Shown here piece by piece: positions 1-10,206 of a DNA stretch of 64,000 nucleotides; positions within the stretch are counted from its first letter, which is position 1; each line of letters starts with the position of its first letter. The position numbers and the translations under genes were made by a program. The stretch comes from a bacterium HR28. Its GTDB lineage: Bacteria; Chloroflexota; Chloroflexia; Thermomicrobiales; Thermomicrobiaceae. Where the stretch lies: positions 49,251 through 113,250 of the forward strand of contig BEIE01000006.1 in NCBI GenBank assembly GCA_002898255.1. Direction: 5' to 3'. A model generated the notes under the pieces. It saw only the letters and a program-made list of their open reading frames with translations, had not been told where the DNA came from and searched no databases.

Positions 1-472
1 ATGCGGTGAAGCCATAGCCAAGGGTCTCGAGGGCGGCGAAACCCATGCCACTGGCAAGGCCGAAGAGGAGTCCGGCTATCTCCGAGCGGTACCGCCAGCG
101 TAGGAAAAAGAGAAGCGGAACCAACAGTTTAGCTGACTCCTCGATCACACCCACGGCCAGGAGTGGCAGAAAGCCAAGGGCTCGGTAGGTATCGTATTCG
201 AGCGTGCCAGCAACAATAACGCCAAGCGCACCGCCCCACAGGAAGTTCCAAACGACGACGCTCGGGGGAATCGTCTCGGGAAGTGGGTGCTCATAGACCC
301 AGAGAACCAGGACGACCGGGACGAGGAAAGCACCAAGGACCAACAGTGCTGGAATGAAGTTGGGGTTCTGCGTCGTCTGCAAGACGCGATTTAGTACGTA
401 AAAGAGCACGATCCCGCCGATCAGGATCTGGAACCAGCTGCGACCGGCGACTCCGGAGGCTCTTCGTATCAC
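1..472 (-). CDS. PrsW-family intramembrane metalloprotease (partial; 3' end runs off the window)
   Basis: Hand translation from GTG at 472 (AGGAG upstream) gives hydrophobic helices with VIEESAKL (EExxK) and GMGFAALETLGY, both PrsW motifs. Absent from the ORF track because the stop lies outside the window. Confidence 0.85.
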   Translation of the reverse strand, partial: MIRRASGVAGRSWFQILIGGIVLFYVLNRVLQTTQNPNFIPALLVLGAFLVPVVLVLWVYEHPLPETIPPSVVVWNFLWGGALGVIVAGTLEYDTYRALGFLPLLAVGVIEESAKLLVPLLFFLRWRYRSEIAGLLFGLASGMGFAALETLGYGFTA

Positions 473-790
473 GTTTCCAAGCTCCTGTGGTGGAGCATGC
501 GGTTGCACTGCGTTATCGTGCCACAGCAGCCAGGGACTGATCCTCGTTGATGTCGTACGACAATCTGTGGCTCAGTAGGAGCGCCTCGTGTGCTGCCACC
601 GCTCGTGGTGACGACGCACCAGGAAACATGGGCAATCCGGAAGTTCATGGGATACGGGACGCGCTGTTGGATTGATGAAAGCGGGCATTCATGCGCTCGT
701 GGGCTTGGAAGATGACGGTGGGTCAGGCGTATCCACCGGAGTTGGGGACCTAGGCGCCGTGTGATCCTGTGGAGCGTGTGGGTAAGTGGC

Positions 791-1066
791 TCAGCGACCG
801 CGCTGGAGCAGGCTTGCGATGGTGCGTTCGACATCGGGTGGGAGCTGGAGCGCGAAACCCTCGGCGGTCAGGAGGTGCCGGTTCTCCGTATGTCCGCTCG
901 CCACCGGCACGAGCTGCCCCGCCTCCATTCGCCAAAGGATAAAGCCCGCCTCGAGCTTGCCATGATAGGGCCGGATTTCGAGGACGTAGCCGTTCCCTTC
1001 CAGGGTGACTGGCTGAAAGCGGTGCTTCTTGAGTGTCTGGAGCAAGCGGTCAGCCAAGGTCGCCAC
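791..1066 (-). CDS. Hypothetical protein (about 91 aa)
   Basis: C-terminal part of ORF 791..1486 (VATLADRLLQTLKKHRF...) looks globular. GTG at 1066 follows a GGAGGGAGAGG purine tract. Confidence 0.55.
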   Translation of the reverse strand: MATLADRLLQTLKKHRFQPVTLEGNGYVLEIRPYHGKLEAGFILWRMEAGQLVPVASGHTENRHLLTAEGFALQLPPDVERTIASLLQRGR

Positions 1067-1656
1067 CGGATCCTCTCCCTCCATCTCCCAGCAGCATACG
1101 CCGGAGGATCGGGAACGGCAAGCCGGCTGCCGGTCAGCCCAGGGGATAGCGTCTTGTGGGAGATGCTCAGTATCCCATTTAGTCTCGGATTGTCCCGACC
1201 AAGCATCCTGATCTCTCAGCCGATCGGGCATGGTACCGCCTGATCTCGGCGATGTGGCAGCCATCTTCTCGTGCTGCTGCCTTGGTCGACTGCTACAGCG
1301 GAGCAACCGGCAAGGCTCCAGTGCAGCGAGATCCTGTGCGATCGGTTCGGCCCAACCAACTGGGTGCCGATATGGCGCCAGGCGTGGCGTGGCCTCTGCG
1401 CGGACTCCACCCGCGCCGAAGCGAGTACAGTGGCCCCGAATCACCGCCCCCTTTTGGCCGCTCTGTGAAGAGCTGGCGGTGGTCACGACGAATAAGACAG
1501 AACAGAGATGTACGGCATGTTGAGCCTGGGCAGTTGGGAGAAGGCTGGCTCGGCGCGGTCTCTCCCGCGCCGAGCCAGCGGGTTTGACGAGGCAGTACGA
1601 TAACGAGGAACAAGCTGTTGCCGGTTTTCGGCAAGAGGGGCCAAGGGCGTGCCGCC

Positions 1657-3198
1657 TCAGCGGTCCCTCGCTTCACGCTGTTCCATGCGCAGGCGCTCCT
1701 CCTCCGATTCCAGCTCGATGTACTGGTGCTTGAGCTCCTTCTCCGCCTCCAGGATCAGCGCGACTTCTTCCTCTGGAGCCTGCGCGACCAGACGGTGGCG
1801 AGAGTAGAAGGCGAAGTAGAGGATCGCGATCACCAGGAAGAAGGCGACTCCCAAGACACCAGGACGGTAGTCCTGAATGGAGAAGGTTGCAAGCAGGGAA
1901 ATGATCGCCAGGGCCGCGCCAATCGCCGCACCAGGGATCCCGAAGGGGCTCTGATAGGGGCGTGGGAGTTCCGGACGAGCGATCTTGAGGCGGATGTAGG
2001 CAAGCATCACCGCCGCATAGGAGATCACGGCGCCGAAGACGGCCATGTTCAAGAGTGCCGCACCGACGATGCCGGTGCCGAAGCGATCAATGATCAAGGC
2101 GCAGAGCAGCCCAATAATGGCACCAGCGACGAGGGCGCGGTGGGGTGTGTGAGTCTTGCGCCCGGTGACGGAAAGGAAGCGCGGGTAGTAGCCAGCGCGC
2201 GAGAGCGCAAAGATGACGCGGCCGTAGGCGTAGATGATCGTATGGAAGCTGGCAATTAGCCCAGTCAAGGCGATGAGTGTGAGGACAGCGGTGGTCGCAC
2301 CGCTTCCAAAGACAGCGACGAAGCCGTCGGCGAGCGGCGCTCCCGAGACACCGATTTGGGCGGCGCCACCATTCACGCCCGAGTTGAAGATCAAGGTGAA
2401 CACCGAGAGGGCGAGCAATGTGAAGATGCCGGTGATCAGACCGCGTGGCATGTCCCGCACAACGTCATGGGTTTCCTCGGCAGCGAGCGGGAGCTCCTCA
2501 ATCGCCAGATAGAACCAGATGGCAAAGGGGATAGCGGCGAAAATGCCGTAGAAGCCCTTGGGGAGGAATGTGGAGCTGCCAGCGCGGTTCGGATCGGGCT
2601 CAATGTTGAAGACCAGATCCCAGCTGAAGGCGCCGGAGGCGACCGCGCCGATGTAGAAGATCAGCAGCACGAGCATGGCCAGGATGGTCACGACTAAACC
2701 GACCCGGAGTGTGATCTCCACTCCAGCGATATTGATGCCCACGAAGATGGCGTAAAAGACGAGCCACCAGACCCAGACTGGAACCGAAGGAAAGAGTGTA
2801 TTCATGTAGCCGCCAATGCCGACCACGATGACTGCCGGGGTGATGACATACTCGATTGTGTCGGTAACGCCCACCAAGTATCCACCCCAGGGGCCGAAAG
2901 CACTGCGGGTGAAGGAATAGAAGCCGCCGGCATGGGGCAGTGCCGTACTGAGCTCGGCGATGCTATAGACCATGCAGAGGTACATGATCGCCATCAACAC
3001 CGTTGCGATCAGGAGCCCACCGAAGCCGCCGGCGTCCAGCCCAAAGTTCCAACCGAAGAAGTCACCGGAGATCACTGCGCCGACGCCAAGGGCCCAGAGC
3101 AGTACCCAGTTCGCGTGTCGACGCAGCTTGCGTTGTTCAAGGTATTCCTGCCCGACCTTCTCGTAGCGCACACCGCCGCGTTCCAAACTCTCTCCCAT
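1657..3198 (-). CDS. eat: Ethanolamine permease / APC-family amino acid permease
   Basis: 513 aa with about 12 TM helices. Motifs LWALGVGAVISGDFFGWNFGL, GGFYSFTRSAFGPWGG and PFAIWFYLAIEE are typical of Eat. Confidence 0.85.
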   Translation of the reverse strand: MGESLERGGVRYEKVGQEYLEQRKLRRHANWVLLWALGVGAVISGDFFGWNFGLDAGGFGGLLIATVLMAIMYLCMVYSIAELSTALPHAGGFYSFTRSAFGPWGGYLVGVTDTIEYVITPAVIVVGIGGYMNTLFPSVPVWVWWLVFYAIFVGINIAGVEITLRVGLVVTILAMLVLLIFYIGAVASGAFSWDLVFNIEPDPNRAGSSTFLPKGFYGIFAAIPFAIWFYLAIEELPLAAEETHDVVRDMPRGLITGIFTLLALSVFTLIFNSGVNGGAAQIGVSGAPLADGFVAVFGSGATTAVLTLIALTGLIASFHTIIYAYGRVIFALSRAGYYPRFLSVTGRKTHTPHRALVAGAIIGLLCALIIDRFGTGIVGAALLNMAVFGAVISYAAVMLAYIRLKIARPELPRPYQSPFGIPGAAIGAALAIISLLATFSIQDYRPGVLGVAFFLVIAILYFAFYSRHRLVAQAPEEEVALILEAEKELKHQYIELESEEERLRMEQREARDR

Positions 3199-3228
3199 GG
3201 TTCCCCTCCTCTCAAAAGGTTTGCAGCT

Positions 3229-4011
3229 TCAGTCCTCCGGTGTGATGTAGGCAGCAGTAATACCGCCGTCTACCAGGAAGGCGGTTGCCGTCACGTAGGA
3301 CGACTCGTCTGAGGCAAGGAACAGCGCGGCCTGGGCGATCTCCCGAGCTTGGGCAAAGCGACCCATCGGGATGTGCACCAGCCGGCGTTGCCGCTTGGCT
3401 GGGTCGGCCAGAATCGATCGCAGAAGTGGGGTGTCGACTGGCCCAGGGCAGAGGGCGTTGGCCCGGATGTTCTTCCGGGCGAACTCGATGGCGATTTCGC
3501 GCGTCATGGCTAGTACGCCCCCCTTGCTCGCTGTATAGGCGATCTGGGGGACAGCGGCTCCCATGATGGCGACGAAACTCGCGGTATTGATGATCGAGCC
3601 GCCACCGGCGCGCAGCATGGCTGGGATAGCGTACTTACAGCCGAGGAAGACGCCCTTGAGATTGACTGCCATGACGCGGTCCCAGACCTCTTCGGGCGTG
3701 TCGACCACAGAGCCATCCTCGTCGGGAAAGATCCCGGCGTTGTTGAACATGACGTCGAGCTTACCGTAGGTCTCCTCGGCCGTGCGCACCAAGGCTTCGA
3801 CTTCGGCTGCCTTCGTGACGTCGGTGCGGACGAACAGCGCCTCGCCCCCTGCCTCCCGGATCAGGCGGACCGTCTCTTCACCACCCGCCACATTGATGTC
3901 GGCGACCACAACCTTCGCCCCTTCCTGGGCGAAGAGGAGTGCCGACTCACGACCGATTCCGGAACCCGCTCCAGTGATGATGCAGACTTTGCCCGCCAGT
4001 CGCGTGCCCAT
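3229..4011 (-). CDS. SDR-family NAD(P)-dependent oxidoreductase
   Basis: Start MGTRLAGK with RBS; TGAGSGIG, NNAG and YTASK (YxxxK) motifs. Confidence 0.92.
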   Translation of the reverse strand: MGTRLAGKVCIITGAGSGIGRESALLFAQEGAKVVVADINVAGGEETVRLIREAGGEALFVRTDVTKAAEVEALVRTAEETYGKLDVMFNNAGIFPDEDGSVVDTPEEVWDRVMAVNLKGVFLGCKYAIPAMLRAGGGSIINTASFVAIMGAAVPQIAYTASKGGVLAMTREIAIEFARKNIRANALCPGPVDTPLLRSILADPAKRQRRLVHIPMGRFAQAREIAQAALFLASDESSYVTATAFLVDGGITAAYITPED

Positions 4012-4024
4012 CGTCTTCCCTCCC

Positions 4025-5410
4025 TCAGCCACGCTCGAAGTAGCGGTACAACTCCCAGTCGGTGACCACCGCGTCGAACGCCTCTTGCTCGACCCGAGCC
4101 ATGTTGACGTAGTGGTCGACGACGAGATCACCAAAGACCTGGCGAGCGAACGCCGAGCGGTCGAATTCCACCATTGCCTCGGCGAGCGTTCGTGGCACAC
4201 GGACGACGTCGCGGGCTTCGTACGCATTGCCGCGGTACTCTGGCGGAAGTGGGAGCTCGCGCTCGATGCCGTCAAGCGCCGCGGCGATCATGGCGGCGTA
4301 CGCAAGGTATGGGTTCGCGTCGGCGCCCGGGATGCGGCTCTCGATGCGCAACGACTGGCCGTGTCCAACAATGCGGAAGCCGCAGGTGCGGTTGTCGCGT
4401 CCCCACACGACGTTTACCGGTGCCCAGCTCGCAACAGCGTAGCGCTTATAGGAGTTGACGTTCGAGGCGACGAACAGCGAGAGCTCCCGCGCGTGCGCAA
4501 TCAGGCCAGCCAGGGCGTGCTGCATAAGACGGCTCATGTGGTACGGCTGGCCATCTGGGTCGTAGAAGAGGTTCCGCTCTCCGGCAGAGTCCCAGATGCT
4601 CAGGTGGATGTGGGAACTGGAACCCGTCCAGGTATGGTGCGGCTTGGCCATGAAGGTGACGGAGAGGCCGTTGAGGTAGGCGATCTCTTTGACTCCGTGC
4701 TTGAAGAGGACGGCGCGATCCGCTGATTCGAGGGCATCAGCATAATGGATGTTGATCTCGTGCTGGCCGGCAGCGGCCTCCCCCTTAGAGAACTCGATCG
4801 GGATTCCGGCAGCAGTCATCAGGTTGCGGATCTGCCGGTAGATCGGTTCAGCTTTGGTGCCTTGGAAGAGGTGGTAGTCCTCGTTGTACCAGCCGAAGGG
4901 ACGCAGACCGCGGTACCCCTTCTCGTGGGCCTCGTCATAGGAGTCTTTGAGGAGATAGAACTCGAGCTCACTCGCCATCATGACGCGGAAGCCCATGGCA
5001 CTAGCCCGCGAGACCTGCTGGCGCAAAATCGTGCGCGGGGCAACCGGGATGAGTTCGCCGGTCTCCTCGTCGACCGCATCGGCTAGGACGAGCGCTGTCC
5101 CTTCCAGCCAGGGGATACGCCGCAGCGTGGCAAAGTCGGGACGGGCGACCCAGTCGCCGTAACCGGTCTCCCAGTTCATGAGGCGGTAACCGCCGGGAGT
5201 GGTCATCTCCATGTCGGTTCCGAGGAGATACGTGCAGAAGTGGGTACCGTGCTCACGAACGTGGTCGAGGAAGAAGTCGGCCCGCACGCGCTTCCCCATG
5301 AGGCGCCCCTGCATGTCGCAGATGGCGTTAATGACGGTGTCGATCTCACCGGACTCAACAAGTTGTGTGAGTTCGGCGAGGCTCAAAAGACCGCTGGTGT
5401 GGCTACTCAT
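4025..5410 (-). CDS. Glutamine synthetase-like gamma-glutamyl-amine ligase (GlnA4/PuuA-like)
   Basis: DMQGRLMGKR, ELEFY, GQHEIN, FMAKP, SSSHIHLS, NSYKR, WGRDNRT and ESRIPGADANPYL motifs; start MSSHTSG. Confidence 0.9.
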   Translation of the reverse strand: MSSHTSGLLSLAELTQLVESGEIDTVINAICDMQGRLMGKRVRADFFLDHVREHGTHFCTYLLGTDMEMTTPGGYRLMNWETGYGDWVARPDFATLRRIPWLEGTALVLADAVDEETGELIPVAPRTILRQQVSRASAMGFRVMMASELEFYLLKDSYDEAHEKGYRGLRPFGWYNEDYHLFQGTKAEPIYRQIRNLMTAAGIPIEFSKGEAAAGQHEINIHYADALESADRAVLFKHGVKEIAYLNGLSVTFMAKPHHTWTGSSSHIHLSIWDSAGERNLFYDPDGQPYHMSRLMQHALAGLIAHARELSLFVASNVNSYKRYAVASWAPVNVVWGRDNRTCGFRIVGHGQSLRIESRIPGADANPYLAYAAMIAAALDGIERELPLPPEYRGNAYEARDVVRVPRTLAEAMVEFDRSAFARQVFGDLVVDHYVNMARVEQEAFDAVVTDWELYRYFERG

Positions 5411-6497
5411 CGTCCCGCTCGCTCCTTCCTGGTTCTTCGCAGCCAGAACCGGAAATGCGAGCGGCGAGGTGGCGGCCGGGATTTCCCGACCGGCCAAGGA
5501 AGGTTGGATCGTCCGGTGAACGGGATGTCGGCCCGGTACACCACGACGAAAATGCTCGACCCTTCCCCAATCAAAAGCTAACCCAATGCACGCAGCGGCC
5601 CGTCCTGCTTGCCCGCGTGCTGGTGAGCGATGGCCTGACCCAAAACTGAAACGAGCCAGACACTGCAGAAGATGCCGTGTCCGGCTTGTGTACCATGCTC
5701 ACGCTGCCAGGAGACACAATAATGGTTCCTGGAGAGGATGTCAAGGGGCATTCATTGCGGGATTCGATCCAGTGTGGAGCGCGAAGACAGTACGGCGGAT
5801 GACACACGGTTTCCAGAAGGGGACGGCTTTTTGCTGGATCGTTTGCGCCGGCGAGTTCCTTACCACTATCTCTGTTCTGCTCATTCGCAGCTCTTCGTGC
5901 CCCCTGGCTTGTCTCCTCACACTGGAACAACGGTGACGGAGACCGAATTCGAATTCGTGGGACCTGGACGGCTGCTGCTGTGCAGAACCAGCTCACTCTT
6001 GGTGCTACTGCCCGATGCGGGACGGTCGAGCCGAGTTGGCGTAGAGCGCGGATCCTCGCTGCGCCAAGATCGGTCTTGTTGATCCTCCTGCGATACCTTC
6101 GGGAGCAGGCGAGCTGCAGCTTGAGGCACCGCCTTTTACCGACCTGCCAGTGCTCCCGCAATTGCGATCTGGATGTTGGTAACAACTCAACACGCTCTTG
6201 CGGGGGTGCACACCTGGGTTGCGGAGAGGATCGGCATGACGATACCCCGTTCCCCGTGCTGAGCAGACAGAAGACCGGTTTCGAGAGCGGGTCATTCGCT
6301 TGGAGCAAGAGCGCGGAGGCAGTCCAGCATAGCTCGCCGTGACGGCGTTCTGATCGTTTTCAGGATTGCTGGAGCTGCGCCTGAAGCGCTCTGGGAAATA
6401 TTGGCGTGAGTGCTCGCCCTGGTCGTACTCCAGCGCAAGTCAAGCGTTGCTGGCCGGTTGTTCTCCCCTGGCACGTAGCAAATCTGTCAGGGAAGGG

Positions 6498-6525
6498 TTG
6501 ACAGCCCCTTACTGTAGCACTAGAC
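6498..6525 (+). promoter_or_regulatory. Sigma70-type promoter of the iclR operon
   Basis: TTGACA-N16-TAGACT upstream of the iclR start. Confidence 0.6.
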
Positions 6526-6557
6526 TGTGCGCAGACGAGAGACGAAGTGTCGGATAG

Positions 6558-6575
6558 TGTCTGAAATATCGGACA
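6558..6575. promoter_or_regulatory. Probable IclR operator
   Basis: Imperfect palindrome TGTCTGAAATATCGGACA between the promoter and the iclR ATG. Confidence 0.55.
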
Positions 6576-6582
6576 TACGGAA

Positions 6583-7419
6583 ATGCCACGACGCGTACCC
6601 GCAGTTGAACGAGCACTAGACATCCTCGAGCTCTTCTTGCGGTCGCCCCAGCCGGAGTCGCTTTCTGTGCCGGAGATTGCGCGAGCGCTGGATTTGCCGC
6701 GCAGTACGGCACATGAGCTCGTTGCCACACTCGTCGCTCGCCGTTACTTGCGGCCGATTGAGGGGAACCCACACCGCTACGCGCTAGATGTCCGTGTCTT
6801 CGAGCTCGGTAATGCCTATGCGGCTGGGCTGGATCTCGCGCGCGAAGGTCAGATCGTGGCGCGTCGGGTGGCGGCGCAATGTGACGAGACGGTGCACATC
6901 GCAGTGCTGGAGGGGACGGACGTCTTCTACATCGCCAAGGTGGACAGTACGAATGCACTGCGCCTTGTCTCAGCGATCGGTCGCAGACTACCGGCACACT
7001 GCACCGCGGTTGGCAAGATGTTGCTCTCCGGCCTGAGTGAAGAGGAGTTTGCCGAGCGGTTTGCCGGTGTGCGGGAGCTCCCGGGCATGACGCGAAACAG
7101 TCTACGTTCGGTGGATGCTCTACGGGCAGAGCTGGCACGGACGCGGGCGCGAGGGATCGCTTGGGACAACTGCGAATCCAACCCTGATGTCCGCTGTGTG
7201 GCGGCGCCGATCTACGACCATCGCGGCCGGATGGTGGCGGCGATGAGTATTTCGTTCCCGGTCGTGCGTGATACGCCGGAGCGTTTCTTGGAGCTTTCAC
7301 GCTTAGTCCGGGAGGGGGCGCAGGAACTCTCGCAGCGGCTTGGGTATCGAGAGGTTCCGCAGGGGACCTGGGAGCCAGAGTTGCCTCCGTGGCACTCGGC
7401 GCTCGTCGCTGACAGCTGA
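6583..7419 (+). CDS. IclR-family transcriptional regulator
   Basis: N-terminal AVERALDILE and HTH; effector domain GRRLPAHCTAVGKMLL, RCVAAPI. Confidence 0.95.
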   Translation: MPRRVPAVERALDILELFLRSPQPESLSVPEIARALDLPRSTAHELVATLVARRYLRPIEGNPHRYALDVRVFELGNAYAAGLDLAREGQIVARRVAAQCDETVHIAVLEGTDVFYIAKVDSTNALRLVSAIGRRLPAHCTAVGKMLLSGLSEEEFAERFAGVRELPGMTRNSLRSVDALRAELARTRARGIAWDNCESNPDVRCVAAPIYDHRGRMVAAMSISFPVVRDTPERFLELSRLVREGAQELSQRLGYREVPQGTWEPELPPWHSALVADS

Positions 7420-7519
7420 GTCGTAGTGGAGGGAGGTGACGTTGGAGATCGGGCATCACGTCATCGGGCGATCTGGTGACTCGATGGGCAAAGTATCGAC
7501 GAGTCGGGAGGAGATGGTC

Positions 7520-8629
7520 ATGGATGAGCGGACGATGCGGAGACTCGTAACGCGGCGGCAGCTGCTGCGTTCGGTATTGGTTGGTGGTGCGGCACTCTCG
7601 CTTCTGAGTGCATGCGGGGGTGGCCAGGCCACGCCGACAGCCGCGCCAGCGGCGAGCCCGACGCCGGCTCGAGCCGCGACACCGACGGTGGCTGCAACGA
7701 CGCCGACGGCTGCTACTGCTGCGACACCGACGACTGCGGCTGCAGCCGGGCCGGTACCGACAGTTGCCCCGGGGACGAAGATCACGGTCGCGATGGTGCC
7801 GAAGCTCGTGCACCCGTTCTTTGAGGATGTTCGGAAGGGTGGCGAGCAGAAGGCCAAGGAACTCGGCGTCGACTTCCAGTGGGTGGCTCCGCAGCAGGCC
7901 GATCCAGCCCAGCAGGTCGCGATGATCGAGGACCTGATCCGCAAGAAGGTGCATGCCATCTCGATCTCGCCGAACGAGCCGAAGTCGGTCGAGCCGGTTA
8001 TCGCCGAGGGGATGAAGCAGGGCATTCTGATGATGACCTTCGACTCGGATTCCCCGAACAGCCAGCGTGTCATGTACATCGGCACTGATAACAAAGCGGC
8101 TGGCCGGACGATGGGCGAGACGATGGCCAAGCTTCTCAACGGAAAAGGGAAGGTCGGGATAATCACCGGCGGGCTTGGTGCGCTTAACCTGAATCAGCGT
8201 ATTGAGGGATTCAAGGAAGGGGTCGGACCGAACATCGAAGTCGTTGACATTCAGGCCACCGACGACGATCTCCAGAAGGGGCTCTCGGTCAGTGAGGCGA
8301 TGCTGCGGGCACATCCGGATCTCAATGGCATCGCCTGTGTGAGCGCAACAGGTGGGCCAACGCTTGCCCAAGTGCTCAAGTCGCCCGAGTTTCAGGATCG
8401 GATCGGGAAGCTGGTCATTGTCGCCTTTGACGATCTGGAGGAGACGAAGCGGGCGATTGACGAAGGAATTATCGCAGCGACGATGGTGCAGCGTCCGGTT
8501 CAGATGGGTGTGTTGACAGTGCAGTGGGCCTATGAGATCTTGACCGGCAAGGCGAAGCCACCGTTCCAGAACATCGACACGGGTGTTACAGTCGTAACGA
8601 AGGAGAATCTGAACAGCTACACGAAGTGA
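7520..8629 (+). CDS. Sugar ABC transporter substrate-binding lipoprotein (CUT2/RbsB-like, Tat signal)
   Basis: TRRQLL Tat motif, LSAC lipobox, A/T/P linker, PKLVHPFF, FDSD and YIGTDN. ATG 7520 follows GGAGGAG. Confidence 0.92.
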   Translation: MDERTMRRLVTRRQLLRSVLVGGAALSLLSACGGGQATPTAAPAASPTPARAATPTVAATTPTAATAATPTTAAAAGPVPTVAPGTKITVAMVPKLVHPFFEDVRKGGEQKAKELGVDFQWVAPQQADPAQQVAMIEDLIRKKVHAISISPNEPKSVEPVIAEGMKQGILMMTFDSDSPNSQRVMYIGTDNKAAGRTMGETMAKLLNGKGKVGIITGGLGALNLNQRIEGFKEGVGPNIEVVDIQATDDDLQKGLSVSEAMLRAHPDLNGIACVSATGGPTLAQVLKSPEFQDRIGKLVIVAFDDLEETKRAIDEGIIAATMVQRPVQMGVLTVQWAYEILTGKAKPPFQNIDTGVTVVTKENLNSYTK

Positions 8630-8637
8630 CCACATGA

Positions 8638-8664
8638 GGGCCAGGGGGCCAATACCCCTGGCCC
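8638..8664. other. Intergenic stem-loop after the substrate-binding gene (mRNA stabiliser or attenuator)
   Basis: GGGCCAGGGG-N7-CCCCTGGCCC, a perfect 10-bp stem with no U-tract. Confidence 0.6.
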
Positions 8665-8684
8665 GCTACTGTTAGGGAGAGGCT

Positions 8685-10190
8685 ATGACCGTTCCAGTAC
8701 TCGAAGCGAGGAACATCAGCAAGCGCTTTCCAGGGGTTGTCGCGCTCGAGCGTGTCTCGCTGAGTGTCTTCCCCGGTGAGGTGCTGGCAGTCGTCGGGGA
8801 GAACGGTGCGGGGAAATCGACACTGATGAAGATCCTCTCAGGAGCGCTCCAACCGGACGAAGGGGAGATTCTCCTCGACGGGCAGGTGGTTCGTTTTACT
8901 GACCCGCGCCACGCATTGGCGCGAGGCATCGGAATTATCTACCAGGAACTGAGTGTCATCGATGCATTGTCGGTGGGGGAGAACGTCTTCCTTGGACGCT
9001 TGCCGGAGCGGCCAGGCCTTCGGGGAAGTGTGGACTGGCCGCGTCTGTGGCGAGATGCCGCAAGGGTTCTCGAGCGGGTTGGTGTTCCGATTGATCCACA
9101 GCGACAAGTCCGCGAGTTGAGCGTGGCCCAGAAGCAACTAGTCGAGATCGCACGAGCGCTTTCGCAAGACGTGCGTGTATTGATCCTCGACGAGCCGACG
9201 AGCTCGCTCTCGCTCCAAGAAACAGAGCGGCTGTTTGAAATTCTACGTGGCTTACGCGCACAGGGTGTCGCAATCATCTACATTTCCCACCGCTTGGAGG
9301 AAATCTTCACCCTCGCCGATCGGGTGACGGTGCTGCGTGACGGCCGGGTAGTGGGGACGCTCCCAATCGGCGAGGCGACGCGTGAGGGACTGATTCGAAT
9401 GATGGTCGGTCGTGATCTCTCGGCCTATTACCGGACTGTCCGCTCGAGCCCCGGTGCCGTGCGATTGGAGGTGCGGGGTCTGTGCCGGACTGGTACGCTG
9501 CAGGATGTGAACTTGACGGTACGGGCTGGTGAAATCGTCGGGCTGGCCGGGCTGGTGGGTGCTGGCCGTACAGAGCTCGCGCGTTGCCTCTTTGGGGTCG
9601 ATCCGATCGACACTGGGGAGATCCGCGTCGACGGGCAGGTGGTGACGATTCGGAATCCCCGAGACGCAGTGCGTCATGGGATCGTGTTAGTGCCCGAGGA
9701 TCGCAAGTTGCAAGGACTCGTGCTGATCCTCTCCGTGCGAGAAAATATCACGCTGCCTGTGCTCGAGCGATTGGCACGGCTCGGTTTTCCCTCGCGGCGA
9801 GCAGAGGAGCAAGTCACGCAGTCGTTCGTGGAGCGTCTCCGGATCCGAACGCCGTCGCTTGAGCAGCGCGTGATGAACCTCAGCGGAGGGAACCAGCAGA
9901 AGGTTGTGTTGGCACGCGCGTTGGCGACCAATCCGAAGGTGTTGATCCTCGACGAGCCGACGCGTGGGATCGACGTGGGGGCGAAAGCGGAGGTTCACGC
10001 ACTCATTGCCGAGCTCGCCGAGGCTGGCATGGGGATTCTGCTGATCTCGTCGGAGCTCCCGGAAGTGCTGACCATGAGCCACCGGATCCTCGTCATGAGT
10101 GGGGGCCGGATCGTCGCCGAGTTCTCGCGCGAGGAGGCAACGGAAGAGCGCGTGTTGGCGGCGGCGACGGGACATCCAGTGGCGGCGTGA
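8685..10190 (+). CDS. Sugar ABC transporter ATP-binding protein (RbsA-like, two NBDs)
   Basis: GENGAGKST, LILDEPT and LSGGNQQK motifs. Confidence 0.96.
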   Translation: MTVPVLEARNISKRFPGVVALERVSLSVFPGEVLAVVGENGAGKSTLMKILSGALQPDEGEILLDGQVVRFTDPRHALARGIGIIYQELSVIDALSVGENVFLGRLPERPGLRGSVDWPRLWRDAARVLERVGVPIDPQRQVRELSVAQKQLVEIARALSQDVRVLILDEPTSSLSLQETERLFEILRGLRAQGVAIIYISHRLEEIFTLADRVTVLRDGRVVGTLPIGEATREGLIRMMVGRDLSAYYRTVRSSPGAVRLEVRGLCRTGTLQDVNLTVRAGEIVGLAGLVGAGRTELARCLFGVDPIDTGEIRVDGQVVTIRNPRDAVRHGIVLVPEDRKLQGLVLILSVRENITLPVLERLARLGFPSRRAEEQVTQSFVERLRIRTPSLEQRVMNLSGGNQQKVVLARALATNPKVLILDEPTRGIDVGAKAEVHALIAELAEAGMGILLISSELPEVLTMSHRILVMSGGRIVAEFSREEATEERVLAAATGHPVAA

Positions 10191-10206
10191 GGGAAAGGAG
10201 CGATCC

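Noticed and set aside
5500..6490. About 1 kb between the GS-like gene and iclR with several overlapping ORFs (e.g. 5571..6308, 5980..6342)
   Set aside because: No recognisable motifs or RBS, and the composition is Arg/Ser/Cys-rich like shadow ORFs. Treated as intergenic or decayed DNA.
7620..7770. Quasi-repetitive ACGCCGACGG-like sequence here and at about 16330-16470
   Set aside because: It encodes Ala/Thr/Pro linkers of the binding lipoproteins. It is not a CRISPR array or DNA repeat element, and I saw no CRISPR array in the window.
6509..8635. 708-aa minus-strand ORF and the many other long antisense ORFs in the track
   Set aside because: These are shadows of clear genes on the opposite strand, expected in high-GC DNA.
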